This document shows, piece by piece, positions 51,717 through 63,370 of a stretch of 64,000 nucleotides of DNA. Source of the DNA: Mytilus californianus (Eukaryota); the NCBI RefSeq assembly GCF_021869535.1, contig NW_026262690.1, positions 80,476,001 to 80,540,000 of the forward strand. The letters are read 5' to 3'. Positions within the stretch are counted from its first letter, which is position 1; every line of letters starts with the position of its first letter. Under the pieces are notes generated by a model. The model made no database searches and was not told the DNA's origin. It saw nothing but the letters and a program-made list of their open reading frames with translations. The translations under genes were made by a program, and so were the position numbers.

Positions 51717-52302
51717 TCAATGCCAAATATTTGAAAGCCACGGATGAGAAAGAACAGAAACAGTTGAAGAGCTACATGTATACAACCAAAAAGGACCTAA
51801 AAAATAGCCAAATCCATCTATGGTCAACTTTGACATATAAGTGTATGGATCTCTTATGATATGTTAGCAAAAGGTTCCATACCATAATAGGAATGTTGGG
51901 ATTGATTTTGGGGGTTATTGTTTTAACTGTTTAGGAAATAAGGACAAAAAAAAGGGGCCAAAAGCAAGCATTTTTTCTTGTTTCAGGACAATAACTTGTG
52001 TATAAGTCTTTGGATCTCTATGAAATTTTACCACAAAATTCCATACCTCAAAAGGAAGGTTGGGAGTGATTTTGGGGGTCATTGCCCAAACCATTTAGGA
52101 ACTAAGGGCAGAAAAGGGAAAAAAAAAACTAGGATTTTCTGGTTTCTGGACAATAACTTGAGTATAAGTCTATTGATCCCTATGAAATTGTACATCAAGG
52201 TTCTATACCATTACAGGAAGGTTGGCATTGATTTTGGGGGTTATGACCCTAACTTTTTAGGAAAAAAAGGGGCCAAAGGGTCCAAAATTAAACTTAGTTT
52301 AA

Positions 52303-52950
52303 TTAGGGCCCCGCCAAATGGCGGACGCCCTATAGTGATCAGTCTGTCCATCCGTCTGTCCGTCTGTCCGTCCGTCCGTAACAAATTGTGTCCGCTCTTT
52401 ATCTAGAGAAACGTTATGATTTCAAAGTTTATACTTGACATGTATATTAACCAACACCAGAGGGTGTGTCATAATGTATGTACAACTTCCTAGGTCAAAG
52501 GTCAAGGTCAAAAACTTTGGTTTTAGTTGACAACCCCATGTCCTATGGTAAAGATTGTGTCCGCTCTATATCTTGAGAACCGTTATGATTTCAAAGTTTA
52601 TACTTGACATGTATATTAACCAACACCAGAGGGTGTGTCATAATGTATGTACAACTTCCTAGGTCAAAGGTCAAGGTCAAAAACTTTGGTTTTAGTTCAC
52701 AACCCCATGTCCTATGGTAAAGTTCGTGTCCACTCTATATCTTGAGAACCGTTATGATTTCAAAGTTTATACTTGACATGTATATAAACCAACACCAGAG
52801 GGTGTGTCATAATTTATGTACAACTTCCTAGGTCAAAGGTCAATGTCAAAAACTTTGGTTTCAGTTGACAACCCCATGTCCAATGATAAAGATACACATT
52901 ATTCACAGTGGGGCCCACAGAGATGGCTCCCATCTCAATGATATCTAGTT
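52303..52950 (-). mobile_element. Family E HINE-like element with three 169-bp units, nested in a family A array
   Basis: cgttatgatttcaaag occurs at 52412, 52581 and 52750. The termini match 47947-48274, and the host monomer aaacttagtt..|..tcatcaaaaattg resumes on both sides. Confidence 0.85.
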
Positions 52951-54917
52951 TCATCAAAAATTGAATGATTGGTGTTCTTTTATATGCCAAATCTACCCAT
53001 GTATTTAGATTTTTAATTTTGAGGCCTGTTTTCAAATTGTCCACATTAAGGTCCAAAGGGTCCAAAATTAAACTTTGTTTGATTTAAAAAAAATTGAATT
53101 CTTGGGGTTCTTTGATATGCTGAATCTAACCGTGTAATTAGATTTTTTATATTGGGACCGGTTTTCAAAATGGTCTATATGAAAGTCTAAAGGGTCCCAA
53201 ATTAAACTTAGTTTGATTTAACAAAATTTCAATTCAAGGGGTTCTTTGATATGCTGAATCTAAACATGTATTTAGATTTTTGATTTTGGGCTCAGTTTTC
53301 AAGTTGGTCCAAACCGGAGTACAAAATTCAAAATTTGTTTGATTTCAACAAGAAATGTTTAACATTCTGAATCTAGCCGTGTATTTAGATTTAAGTTTTT
53401 TGGGCCCTGTTATCAAATTGGTCCACATTGACATTTAAAGGATCCAAAATTAAACTTTGTTTCATTTCATAAAAAATTAGATTCTTGGGGTTCTGTGATA
53501 TGCTGATTCTAACCATGTATTTAGATTTTGGATATTGGACCATAATAGGTAAATGTCCATTTTCAAATGTTTAAGTTCTTAGACCACATTCATTCTTTGT
53601 CAGAAACTATGCTATGTCAGATATATAATCACAATCATATTCAGAGCTGTATTGCACAATTGATAGAAATTGTTAGAAGATTCATAGTTAAAAATAGATA
53701 TAGCGTCAACTTCTAATTTTAGAAATCATGTATAAATATAGTTTGAAATTAGTACTGTTCATTATTAGATATCTTGAAAATAATCAAAGGTAAGTTTTGT
53801 AGATTTTTTAATGACATTGTATTAATGAGGAATGATATTTTGGAAATTGTTTTTTTTTTTCATTTTTTTGTGAATTTTTTGAAGAGCTTCATTGTAGGCT
53901 TTTTAGTTATTCTGTATAATTTAATTTTCAGAATGCTATAAATATATATTTTTTGATGAAGTGAACCCTTTTAAAAACTTAGTTAATATTGTCCATTAAT
54001 AAATAAATAAATTAAATTCTTGGTGTACTTGGATATGCTGAATCTAACTGTGTTTTTAGATTTTGAATATTGGACCATAATAGGTAAAAGTCCAATTTCA
54101 AATTTTTCTGTTCTTTGACCACATTCACCCTGCGTCAGAAACCTATGCTGTGTCAAGTATTTAATCACAATCCAAATTCAGAGCTGTATGAAGCTTGAAT
54201 GTAGTGTCCATACTTGCCCAACTGTTCAGGGTTAAACTTCTGCGTTCGTTTCAAGCTGTGCCCAGTGGAGTGTTTTATTTTATTTTACAATAACAGCAGT
54301 TTAAACGTGCTGTCTTTCTATTGTTATGTAGAGAATAAAAATAGAGAGGCAGCATGTATAAACTACTTTTATTGTATGGTCATATGAATAGGAACAAGAA
54401 TCAACTAAGTGAAAATAAGTAGAAATTTGTAGAAATTAAAAAAAACAACTAATCTATACAAACATCCGGGAAAAAGGAAAAAAAGTCCATGCCCTCAAAT
54501 AATGCCTGTGGTTTCACTAACGGTTGAAAAGTTCGAAAGGATAAGGCGCTTTGAATTGACTCTTGTGAAGGCAAAATAACAGATATATACAATTTGTCAA
54601 AGATAAAGGATTTCATTTAGTAACTTATGCTGATTTTGGTTCTGAGGACCAACTGTGTCTACCTGTGAAGGAAGTTAGAATTTATTCTAAAAAACCCTAT
54701 ATGGTCTAAATACTCATCTGGTCCGACTTGTCAAACGAGGATATACTCATACCATGTGAGTATACACAAATGGTCAGGAACATATACAAACTTTAAACTT
54801 TTCATTATTTTGAAGAAGATAAAATTATTTTTCCAATCCATACATGACTTTAACTCCTTAAAAGAGTTAAATCTATATTAAGGTAAATTTTTAATTGCAT
54901 TATAATTATTTTTTCAG

Positions 54918-55285
54918 GGTATCATTTAAGTGATTTTACCTCACAAAGTAAACTTTTTGGTTTTGGTAAACCGTTACGAGTGAAACCATTATCTGAAGAT
55001 GAAGCTCTAAATTTAGGAACCAGATTACTTGGAGAAACATTAGTATATGGAATTTCTGCAGGACTTTTGTTAGCTGAATACAATAGGTCTTCAAAAAATG
55101 ATCAGATCAAGGAAGAAAAGAGAAAGTTTGAAATAGCTACACTTCAAAGAAAAATACATGATTATGGAATTGTAACAGAACAGCAAGCAACTGAAATTAA
55201 AGAATTGAGAAGAAAAATGTATCAATTAGAGGACAACAATAAGAGTTTAGCAAGCAAATTGTTTTCCTCTCTTAAAACAGGATAA
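54918..55285 (+). CDS. OPA3: OPA3-family protein exon 2
   Basis: tttttcag acceptor, phase 1. Translates (R)YHLSDFTSQSKLFGFGKPLRVKPLSEDEALNLGTRLLGETLVYGISAGLLLAEYNR...SSLKTG*, containing the KPLxEExAxxLGxxLLGE motif and a C-terminal coiled coil. Total CDS is 495 nt. Confidence 0.92.
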
Positions 55286-55420
55286 TATGTACCGGTAATT
55301 GTAATATATGTAAGAAACTACGTTTATACTAAAATAATAGTAAATGTACTCACAAAGTTTTCTATTATAAGTGTCTAAAGATCATAGAATCAAATATCAA
55401 CATCATGTTACTGAATAGGT

Positions 55421-55745
55421 TATGGAATCTCTACAGGCCTCCAAATATGATCTGATCAAAGCAGAAGAGAGAAATTTTGAAATAGCAGTACTTCAAAGAC
55501 AAATACATGAATATGGTAATACAACAGAACAGCATGAACTTTAACTTAATGAACTGAGGATGAAAATGCCTGATGTAGATAAAAGAAATCAGAGTTTAGA
55601 AAGTAACATGTTTTCATCTTTAAAATCAGGTTACTTTGTGATACAATATAATTCATTTATAATTTTAGGGCCTTACTTAACCTTACACATATTACATGTA
55701 TGAGTGTTTAGATAATATGGAATCAAATATTGACATCATGTAACT
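55421..55745 (+). pseudogene. Decayed tandem duplicate of the OPA3 3' coding region and proximal 3' UTR
   Basis: Translates ..SKYDLIKAEERNFEIAVLQRQIHEYGNTTEQHEL*LNELRMKMPDVDKRNQSLESNMFSSLKSG, aligning to the OPA3 C-terminus (TAA at 55542-44). The UTR motif gaatcaaatat..acatcatgt is also duplicated. Confidence 0.85.
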
Positions 55746-58700
55746 TTCAACATTGATTTACAAAGATATATATTCTATTTTAATCAAAGAACAGAAAACT
55801 TAGTGTGTAATTTAGATGGTATTTAATATGGGAATGAAGTGATGAAAATTTAAGCATAATGTCAAACTTTTTTGTGAGGTTAAAACATTTTGATAATCAG
55901 GTTCTATAACATATATGCAATAGAAATGAGAAACAGAGAAGTATTTTAACTGAGGTTAACAACAATACATTTCATAGTAAAGCTTTTTTTTATTATTTTT
56001 TAAAGATTTAAATCTTGAATATATTTATGTATGAAAATGATGTCAAATCCAAGATAATATACAGTTTCTTTACTTATTAGTTTCATGCTATGATGATTTG
56101 TAATCATTTGTGGTTTCAAATTTCTGCAAGAGAAACACATTTTTATATTTACCTCCGAGCTTTACAACTGTGTTTGAATGTTTTACTGCCATTTTAGTCA
56201 GATGTATGTAAGTATTGAAATCTTCCTGTATTTTCTGACAATTTACTAGTCCTTTGATTCATTGTAAGATTAACTTTGAACCTCAATATTTTTTGATTAT
56301 GAGAATATATAGATTGTTCATTTGTATGTAATGTTAAATTATATAAAGTCCTGGTGACTTTTGTTTTTGTTAACAAATTCATTGATCATAAATCTTGATA
56401 TGTTAAATTAGAATTTTGTTTCGCCACTGTTATGATTACCTGCACTACATTTAATATGTAATTTTAACGACTGATATTGAATCTTATATTTAATCTTAAT
56501 TACCAGGATTCACATACATCACTCTGTATCCCCTATGCTGGATATTTCAAACAGTGTAATGCAGATTGCAATCAGTGTACAGTCATTTGTGAAAGCTGAA
56601 ACAAGTGACAAAGAAATACAACTGGATCCTGGAAAGATTTTGTGCTTAGATATTGTTAAAATAAAGAATTATCTCCCTTATCTGCAAGTTTCTTGAAACT
56701 AATACCAGTATGTATATGCTTTGCAAAAAGCAAGGGAATATTGTCCATCATTACTGGAACAGCAATTTTCTCCTTTTTTTAATTGAGAAATAATGAATGC
56801 ATGCATACAATATACAATAAGGAAACACCAAACAATACTTAAGTATTCTTTAGACTTGATATCTGTCACCCTGTTTTATAGCCTTCTTATAAAAATGTTT
56901 TATGTCATGTAGGAATGCTTTCTATAAAAAAAATGTGGTTTGCTGTAAATTATTTAGTTTGTATACTATGTATTGCATAAATTAAAGATTATAGGTGTAC
57001 TGCAAATGAAAACATTGGCACTTATAAAATGTAAATTGAAGGGTAATCTGCTATAAATAAATTTATAGAAATGGTAAATCAAACATCAGGAATCATGTCA
57101 CTAAGGTTTTCTACAAACAATTCTGGGTTTGTTTTGGTTTGGGAAATCCTGTCCACAGAGGCAATCTTTCAACACAGATTGCCCTTATGCAATCCCTTCA
57201 AAACTGATCTGTTACCAGACTAAATGGTCTTAAATGTCTCTTGAATGTAGACAGCAAAAATTGTGGCAAAATTTGTAAAATTGTTTAGGAAGATAATTGT
57301 TCTAACCTATTTTGAATATACAATGACATACTACATTGTAGTATATGATTTGTGCAGTTGAAAGTAAATGAAGTATATTTACTGCATGATTTCTACATAT
57401 AACATTAATATTCTACCTCCTTAAATAGAAACTCTTTAGTTTTGTTTTTTTTTCATATAAGTGCATAAAAAATAGTGAAAAAAACCTTTTTGTACAATTT
57501 TATGAAACTTCAAACTGTGATAAAGGAAGAAAGAATCCAGCTAACACATCACAAATTGTTGAAAAATTATATAAAATTTGTTCTTCTACAAGTAAAAACT
57601 ATATTTTAAATGCAATTGTTCAATCTTTGTTACTGTCATCATCATCCATATGTAGGTACAAATGTTTGTTTGATAACATGGTTTATCTTGAAAAAATTGG
57701 AAGTAGCCACTGAAGGAAAATTGGAATTGCAAATAAAAATTGTAGCTTAACCAATTGTAATAAAAAAGAGGCTTGAAATAGCTTTGTCATTTTGTTTTAT
57801 TTTTTTCAGCCTTCATGATTCATTTTCATAATTTTCATTCAGGGTAAAATATAAGTATTTCATAAGAAACACTACAATTCTTATTCAACCTCCTTATAAG
57901 CTATTATTTTTTCAAATGTAAATGGGCATTTTATATGTTTGCAATTTGTTTGTTTTGTTCATGAGTTACTCTAACTTTCTATAAATCTGTTCACTGTATG
58001 CAAAATTTGTTTTAAATTGTTTCTTTTGTGTACACAAAATAAAATGTTTTAAAAAAATATTTTTTGAAAATGTCACTAAATTTGTTTTGCTATTTTTCTA
58101 TTTTAGCTATAATTAGCTAATATCATTGATGCATAATTTGAAAACTTTAGCAAAATTGAAGCCTGTAGAAATATATATAAAATATATGTTAAAGGTGGAG
58201 ATACTTTAGATTTCAAGCTTTTAAAGTGTTCCAATAATGATCAATTGTTTTGTACCAGCTGTGTTTTTATAATAAGAACCTTCTGAAATGTTTTGTGTGC
58301 TTTTTGTAAAAACAGTACATGTTTTAATAAAAAAAATATGTGAATATATATAAATTGTCTGTTTTAGCATATTTACATTTTGTCATCAAAATGAAATAAG
58401 AGGATACCAGTATTTTGCCTTCCCACAAAAAAAGTAACTGCTTTGTAAGTCTGCTGATGTGAATTGAAATGGTTTTCCATCATGCTGGCTTACTTTGCTT
58501 GTCCATGAACATACATATCAACAATAATTTTAACTAAAAATATGGTTCTCATAAGGATAGTTTACCATTTGAAAGCTGTAATGTAAACTTGATCACATTT
58601 TCATGATACAGTGGAAGATTTAAACTTATAGTATTAAGTTGATTTTTTTCTTGGTAACTAATAGGAGGTAAATCTACAATATTTGGCATGTAGATTTTTT

Positions 58701-59737
58701 GAACAAGGAACTTATCCTTTCCCTGGTTTCAGAACTCCAAGAGTCTATAAAAAAATATAAACAAAAATACCAAACTCTATGGTAATTTCAAAAAAGGGGA
58801 AGTCCATAAAACCGGAGAAAATCAAACTCTCAACTATATGGTTTTATAGCTAGCTAAACCTCCCACTTGTATGACAGTTGTTTGTAGTTCTGTTATATTA
58901 ACAAATTAGGTGAGCAACCCAAACATACATAATAAAAGGGACAATGATTAAGATCCAGTAGCCAAAACTATGTAAACATGAATCACAGACATACAAACTG
59001 ATTAAAAAATTTGAACGAACATACAAATAAATCTGACAAAGAAGCAACACAAAAAAGGTTTTTGTAGTTGATGGTGTATACAGTATTGCAAAACATAATT
59101 TTATATACACTTTTCCAATAATTGGGATCCAGCAGCCAAAACCGTGTAACATGCATCACAGACATGCACACACAAATGACTTAAAAATTCAAACAAAAGT
59201 ACAAATACATTTGATGCGTGATATACTTATTGTTTTTAATTTACCAGAGCTGAGAGGTGGGTAAAGTGATAATATTTTTTCATTTAAAGAACTTATATAC
59301 ATATTTTTCTGACTATACCCACTATTGCATGGAAAATGGTCAAATGATGAAGAGTTGTTCAATATATTGAGTTTTGCCCCTTTGAATTTAAAATAAATCA
59401 ACTCTTGCTTACATCCTTTAAGACTACCACTGATATAAAGGGAGAAGATATGGTTATGCCATGGTGTTGCCAGTTTGTCTTCAACATAGGAGTTTGACTA
59501 TCCCTTAGGTACATGTATCTTCTACCTCTCTCTTATCAATTCGTGACATAAAATCATTCACACACATGAAAAAGCAAAAACAAAGGAACATCTATTTTAT
59601 AACTGTTCTTCATCTCATAACCACAATGATACAACATGAAGCAAAATTCCTCACCTCATTGCAAATTCAAAATGGCCCCTAGCCCTATTTTATGCAGTTT
59701 ACAGATAATCACTTTACTGATGGACTGCTTGTCCCTT

Positions 59738-60175
59738 AGGGTATCACCAGCACAGTTACTGTCATGCAAATACGGATATTGTGTTATTTAGTTTTGATGT
59801 TTTAAAATTTTTGTCATTATTTTAAGTTAAGGAAATGTCTCCCTCCTGCAAAGCCCTGAATCCTTGCACGACTTGGACTACTAGTACTTTTTGTCCATTT
59901 TGGTTTTGTCAGCTCTTCAATTTTTTAATAAGTCAAATATTTTGACCTCGAGCATCACTGAAGAAACTTTGATTGTAGAAATGCGCATCTGGTGCAGTAA
60001 AATTAGTACATTAAGTGTAGTTACTACCACTGGGATGATTCCTCTGCTGGTGGAATGTTTGTCACTGAGGGTATCACCAGCCCAGTAGCCAGCCAGTGCT
60101 CTAGTACTGGCATGAAAATATGGATATTGTGTTATTGAAATTGATCGTCGAAATGCGCATTTAGTGCATCTAGTA
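59738..60175 (+). mobile_element. Retrozyme / Penelope pseudo-LTR-like partial tandem repeat (~330-bp unit)
   Basis: ggtatcaccagc..ggatattgtgttatt occurs at ~59739 and ~60070, and gaaatgcgcat at 59978 and 60150. Contains a hammerhead motif. Confidence 0.7.
59952..59995 (+). ncRNA. Minimal type I hammerhead ribozyme motif
   Basis: GCATCA-CTGAAGA-AAC tttgatt GTA-GAA-ATGCGCAT-C-TGGTGC. Stem I is GCATCA/TGGTGC, the core is CUGANGA/GAAA, stem III is palindromic and the triplet is AUC. The stem II closing pair is mutated. Confidence 0.72.
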
Positions 60176-60417
60176 CCAATGTACAAAATACTTTTTATGA
60201 CAAAAACATTTGCCTAGAAATATTTTTATAGCCTAGTTTAAACTGTTGAAAATCTGTTTCAAAAGTATCATGATAAAAAGCAATTAACCATATTTGATTA
60301 CAAATGAAATGTTGTCATGAAATCTAAATGAAAATTATGTAGTGTCAACATTTTCAATAATTCATACATAAAAGTTGTGTGTTTCCATGTATGAACAAAG
60401 AAATTTGCCCTGAATGA

Positions 60418-60496
60418 ATGAAGATGATGATTACTTTTGGATATGTTTTTTTTCAACTGATGATTATGGCTACAGCCGACTGCAGTCCAAAACTTG
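60418..60496 (+). CDS. C1q-domain-containing protein exon 1 (signal peptide)
   Basis: ATG follows an in-frame TGA. Translates MKMMITFGYVFFQLMIMATADCSPKL, then a G|GTAGGT phase-1 donor. Confidence 0.75.
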
Positions 60497-61183
60497 GTAG
60501 GTTCATTATTTAACTTTTAAGATGTTGTTTTTAAGACAATATACCTTGTTCAAATATTTCATATATGTTTGAAATGGCTATGTTTCACCTGATGCCTCTA
60601 TTTCTACACATTATTTGGAACCAATGCAACTTCTTTCTGAGGGGTCCTTATTGGCTTGTTGAAAAGAAAACTTTCTGTCCCCTTTCTACTAACTCCTCAT
60701 TTACCAGTTGCAGTCAAAATTTTCTGTCCTTCATGGCAGTAAAACAGCATGTAGTATTAATTGTTAATGTTACTGTACTTACTGCCCTGGACACCATTGT
60801 TAATATGTTCTCTTCTTAAACATGCATGAAACATTTTCCTCTGGACCGTATGCAATCAACAACAGATCAGTCAATCAATGTAATTGGGTGTTTTAAATAA
60901 AATATAAATCATTATAATAGCATTACTTCTAAGAAGTTTTATTGATAAAAAAAGTAAAGCAAGAATACCGAACTCCAAGGTGAACTCAAAGTTCATAAAA
61001 TTGACAAAATCAAACGTGTGACTCTATCAACCAACGGAACTAATTGGAAACAACCGTCATATTCCTGACTTGGTACAGGCATACATTACAAATAAAATGA
61101 ACTTTGCTTTATGAAAGAATTCATCTTTCCAGTTCCTAATGGTTAATGAATAGAGTTTCTTTAATGTTAACTTTTTTATGCAG

Positions 61184-61237
61184 ATAATGCAGTAGTTGAA
61201 GACCTGTTGACAATGCTTGTTAATTATAAAGGACCGG
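61184..61237 (+). CDS. C1q-domain-containing protein exon 2
   Basis: ttttttatgcag acceptor and G|GTAAGT donor, 54 nt, phase 1-1. Translates (D)NAVVEDLLTMLVNYKGP. Confidence 0.8.
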
Positions 61238-61575
61238 GTAAGTTATTCAAACAATTTTTAAATGAGTAAAATGCTCCTTCCAAAAAACCTACAAGGCTAA
61301 CGATGCTCAGCAATATTTTGTCTTCAGTTTTGATAGGATTTATTAAAACATTATGCAAGATAGTTTCCATTACCCATCCGAGCAAACAAAAATGCTCGCA
61401 TCTCTTCCTACACGATTTATGAGATTTGAAAATCGGTAAACTACTGTCACCTTAATACATCAATATGTATACACGCTAATGAAGTAATGGTCTCTGAAGA
61501 TATTTAAAATGTAATTTTCACAAAAGCAGTGTATAAAAACTTTGGTGTTAAATCTAGATTTTTATATTCATATAG

Positions 61576-61985
61576 ATTTTAGAAACACCAGAAAATGGAG
61601 AGATATTCCAGCCTTTACTGCATCTTTATTAAATGAAAAGAATATTAATGCCAAAGAAATTGTGAAGTTTGACAAAGTTTGGACTAACAATGGAAACCAC
61701 TACGATCCTAACACGGGAATTTTCATAGCTCCAAGAGAAGGGCTGTACCATGTATCCACTACAGTCATGTCAGTATCTGGAAAAACTGTTTATGCTCACA
61801 TTTGGCAGAATGAAACAAGGACTGTTGGTCTGTTTCCTGGTACCGGCTATAGTGAAGCTACTGCTAACATTGTGTTACAACTAAGTAAAGGGGACAAAGT
61901 TACTGTGAGAGGTTCTGGTAACCATCCCTATCTATACAGCAGTTCTAACCACTACAGTATGTTTTCTGCCTATCTCATAGCATAA
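61576..61985 (+). CDS. C1q-domain-containing protein exon 3 (globular C1q domain)
   Basis: Translates ..PAFTASL..IVKFDKVWTNNGNHYDPNTGIFIAPREGLYHVS..LQLSKGDKVTVR..YSMFSAYLI, hallmark gC1q motifs. Total CDS is 543 nt (180 aa) with no collagen region. Confidence 0.95.
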
Positions 61986-61989
61986 TAAA
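61984..61989 (+). terminator. Candidate polyadenylation signal overlapping the C1qDC stop codon
   Basis: TAATAAA at 61983-89; a second AATAAA lies at ~62030. Confidence 0.5.
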
Positions 61990-62924
61990 TGCACACGAAA
62001 TGAATGAAGTTTTACTTAATTAAACAAAAAATAAAATTCTTTGTTCTGTTTTCTTTCTTCAAACATGTTTGAAATGATGCATTTTGCACAGACACATATA
62101 TTTTGTTGAATATAAGATAAGGAGATGTAGTATAACTGCCATTTAGACAACTATGAAACAGAGTCTAAAATGAAGTAGACTTAAGTACTTAATTATAGGT
62201 CACCGACTGCCGTCAACAATAAGCATAAACCATACCATATAGTCAGTAATAAAAGGCCCCGACATGACAAAATGTGGAACAATTCAATCGGAAGAACCAA
62301 CGGGATGATTTATGACAAAGCAAGGTATATCGCTTTGTATCTTTTAATTTTTTGTTATGTCGTTAGCTTGTTGTCTCATAGACACATACTCAACATCTCT
62401 ATATTTTCATATGTCAATCAGACGCCGTGAACTGATGACCCCTTTGGCTTCTGTGTTGTAGCAATTAATGAATATACAGCTTAAGTCAGTGCTAGTGACA
62501 TTACGGCGTGAGCTTAGGTTTAGTTCCTTTGATATTTTGATTTTGTCAAAGCTTTTTTTTTTTTTAAATTTCTGATTCATTTATATTTTTAAGTCATCAT
62601 CCAAATGACACTGCATAGTTCTGACATTACAATCAAAAGTGACTTGTTGGTTGATGGGAGAACACACACACTGTATTCTAGATACCATATTAATTATTCT
62701 GTCCTAGTTTTATTTAAAATTCGTCCAATGTTTTTAGAGGAGAAGGTATTTAGACAACGGACTACAATGAGGGTAATGGCAATAGCATGAACTCTTTACA
62801 TTGATCAAATGTTCATGCATTATTGAGCTTTGTCAGCTTAAAAATTTCAAACATCAGCACCTTTTAAATATCAAACGTAAAATTCTACTAAATACGATGT
62901 CATTAAAAAAGTCTGACCATTAGT

Positions 62925-63240
62925 TGTAAGAGAAAGGCAGAAGATACCAAATTAAGGTACATTCAAACTGATAAGTCGAAAAGAAACTGACAACGCCATG
63001 TCAAAAAACGATAACAACCAAAGAAAAACAGCTACAAACACGACATAAAAAACTAAACACTGAGCAACAGGAACGCACCCAAAACGGGGGTTGATCTCAG
63101 TTGATCCGGAAGGGAATGTAGATCCTGCCTTACATGTGGCACCTGATGTGTTGCTCATGTAAGTACACACACGGTAATAAGTCTATTTCAGTGATGTCAC
63201 ATACGTTGAAAAGAAGACGGGATTGTGATTGCGACAATTG
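62925..63240 (-). mobile_element. Dispersed repeat: 3' end of the Penelope-like family
   Basis: Colinear with 12240-12600. Confidence 0.65.
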
Positions 63241-63370
63241 GAAAACACTTTGAATTTTTTTGGTGAGAGGACATAAAACGTAGAGCGGAACGTGAATCTA
63301 AAGAAAAATGCTAGCATACCTGGGGTTAATTACATACAAAAGTAATTAATTACATTTCAATAACATTGAT

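Larger units (their letters stand above)
51376..54278 (-). mobile_element. Family A HINE-like element, reverse copy with nested insertions and a duplicated head segment
   Basis: Head at ~54000-54278 and a partial second head at ~53540-53660. 126-136-bp monomers lie at ~52950-53540 and 160-bp units at ~51470-52270. A decayed tail sits at ~51376-51440. Confidence 0.7.

Noticed and set aside
51978-52406. 142-aa ORF, the second longest in the track
   Set aside because: It reads through 160-bp HINE units and across the junction into the nested family E element, so it is a chimeric repeat translation.
58890-59215. Overlapping Cys/Trp-containing minus-strand ORFs
   Set aside because: They come from a degenerate ~170-bp tandem duplication (gatccag.agccaaaac..catg.atcacagacat) with no protein motif.
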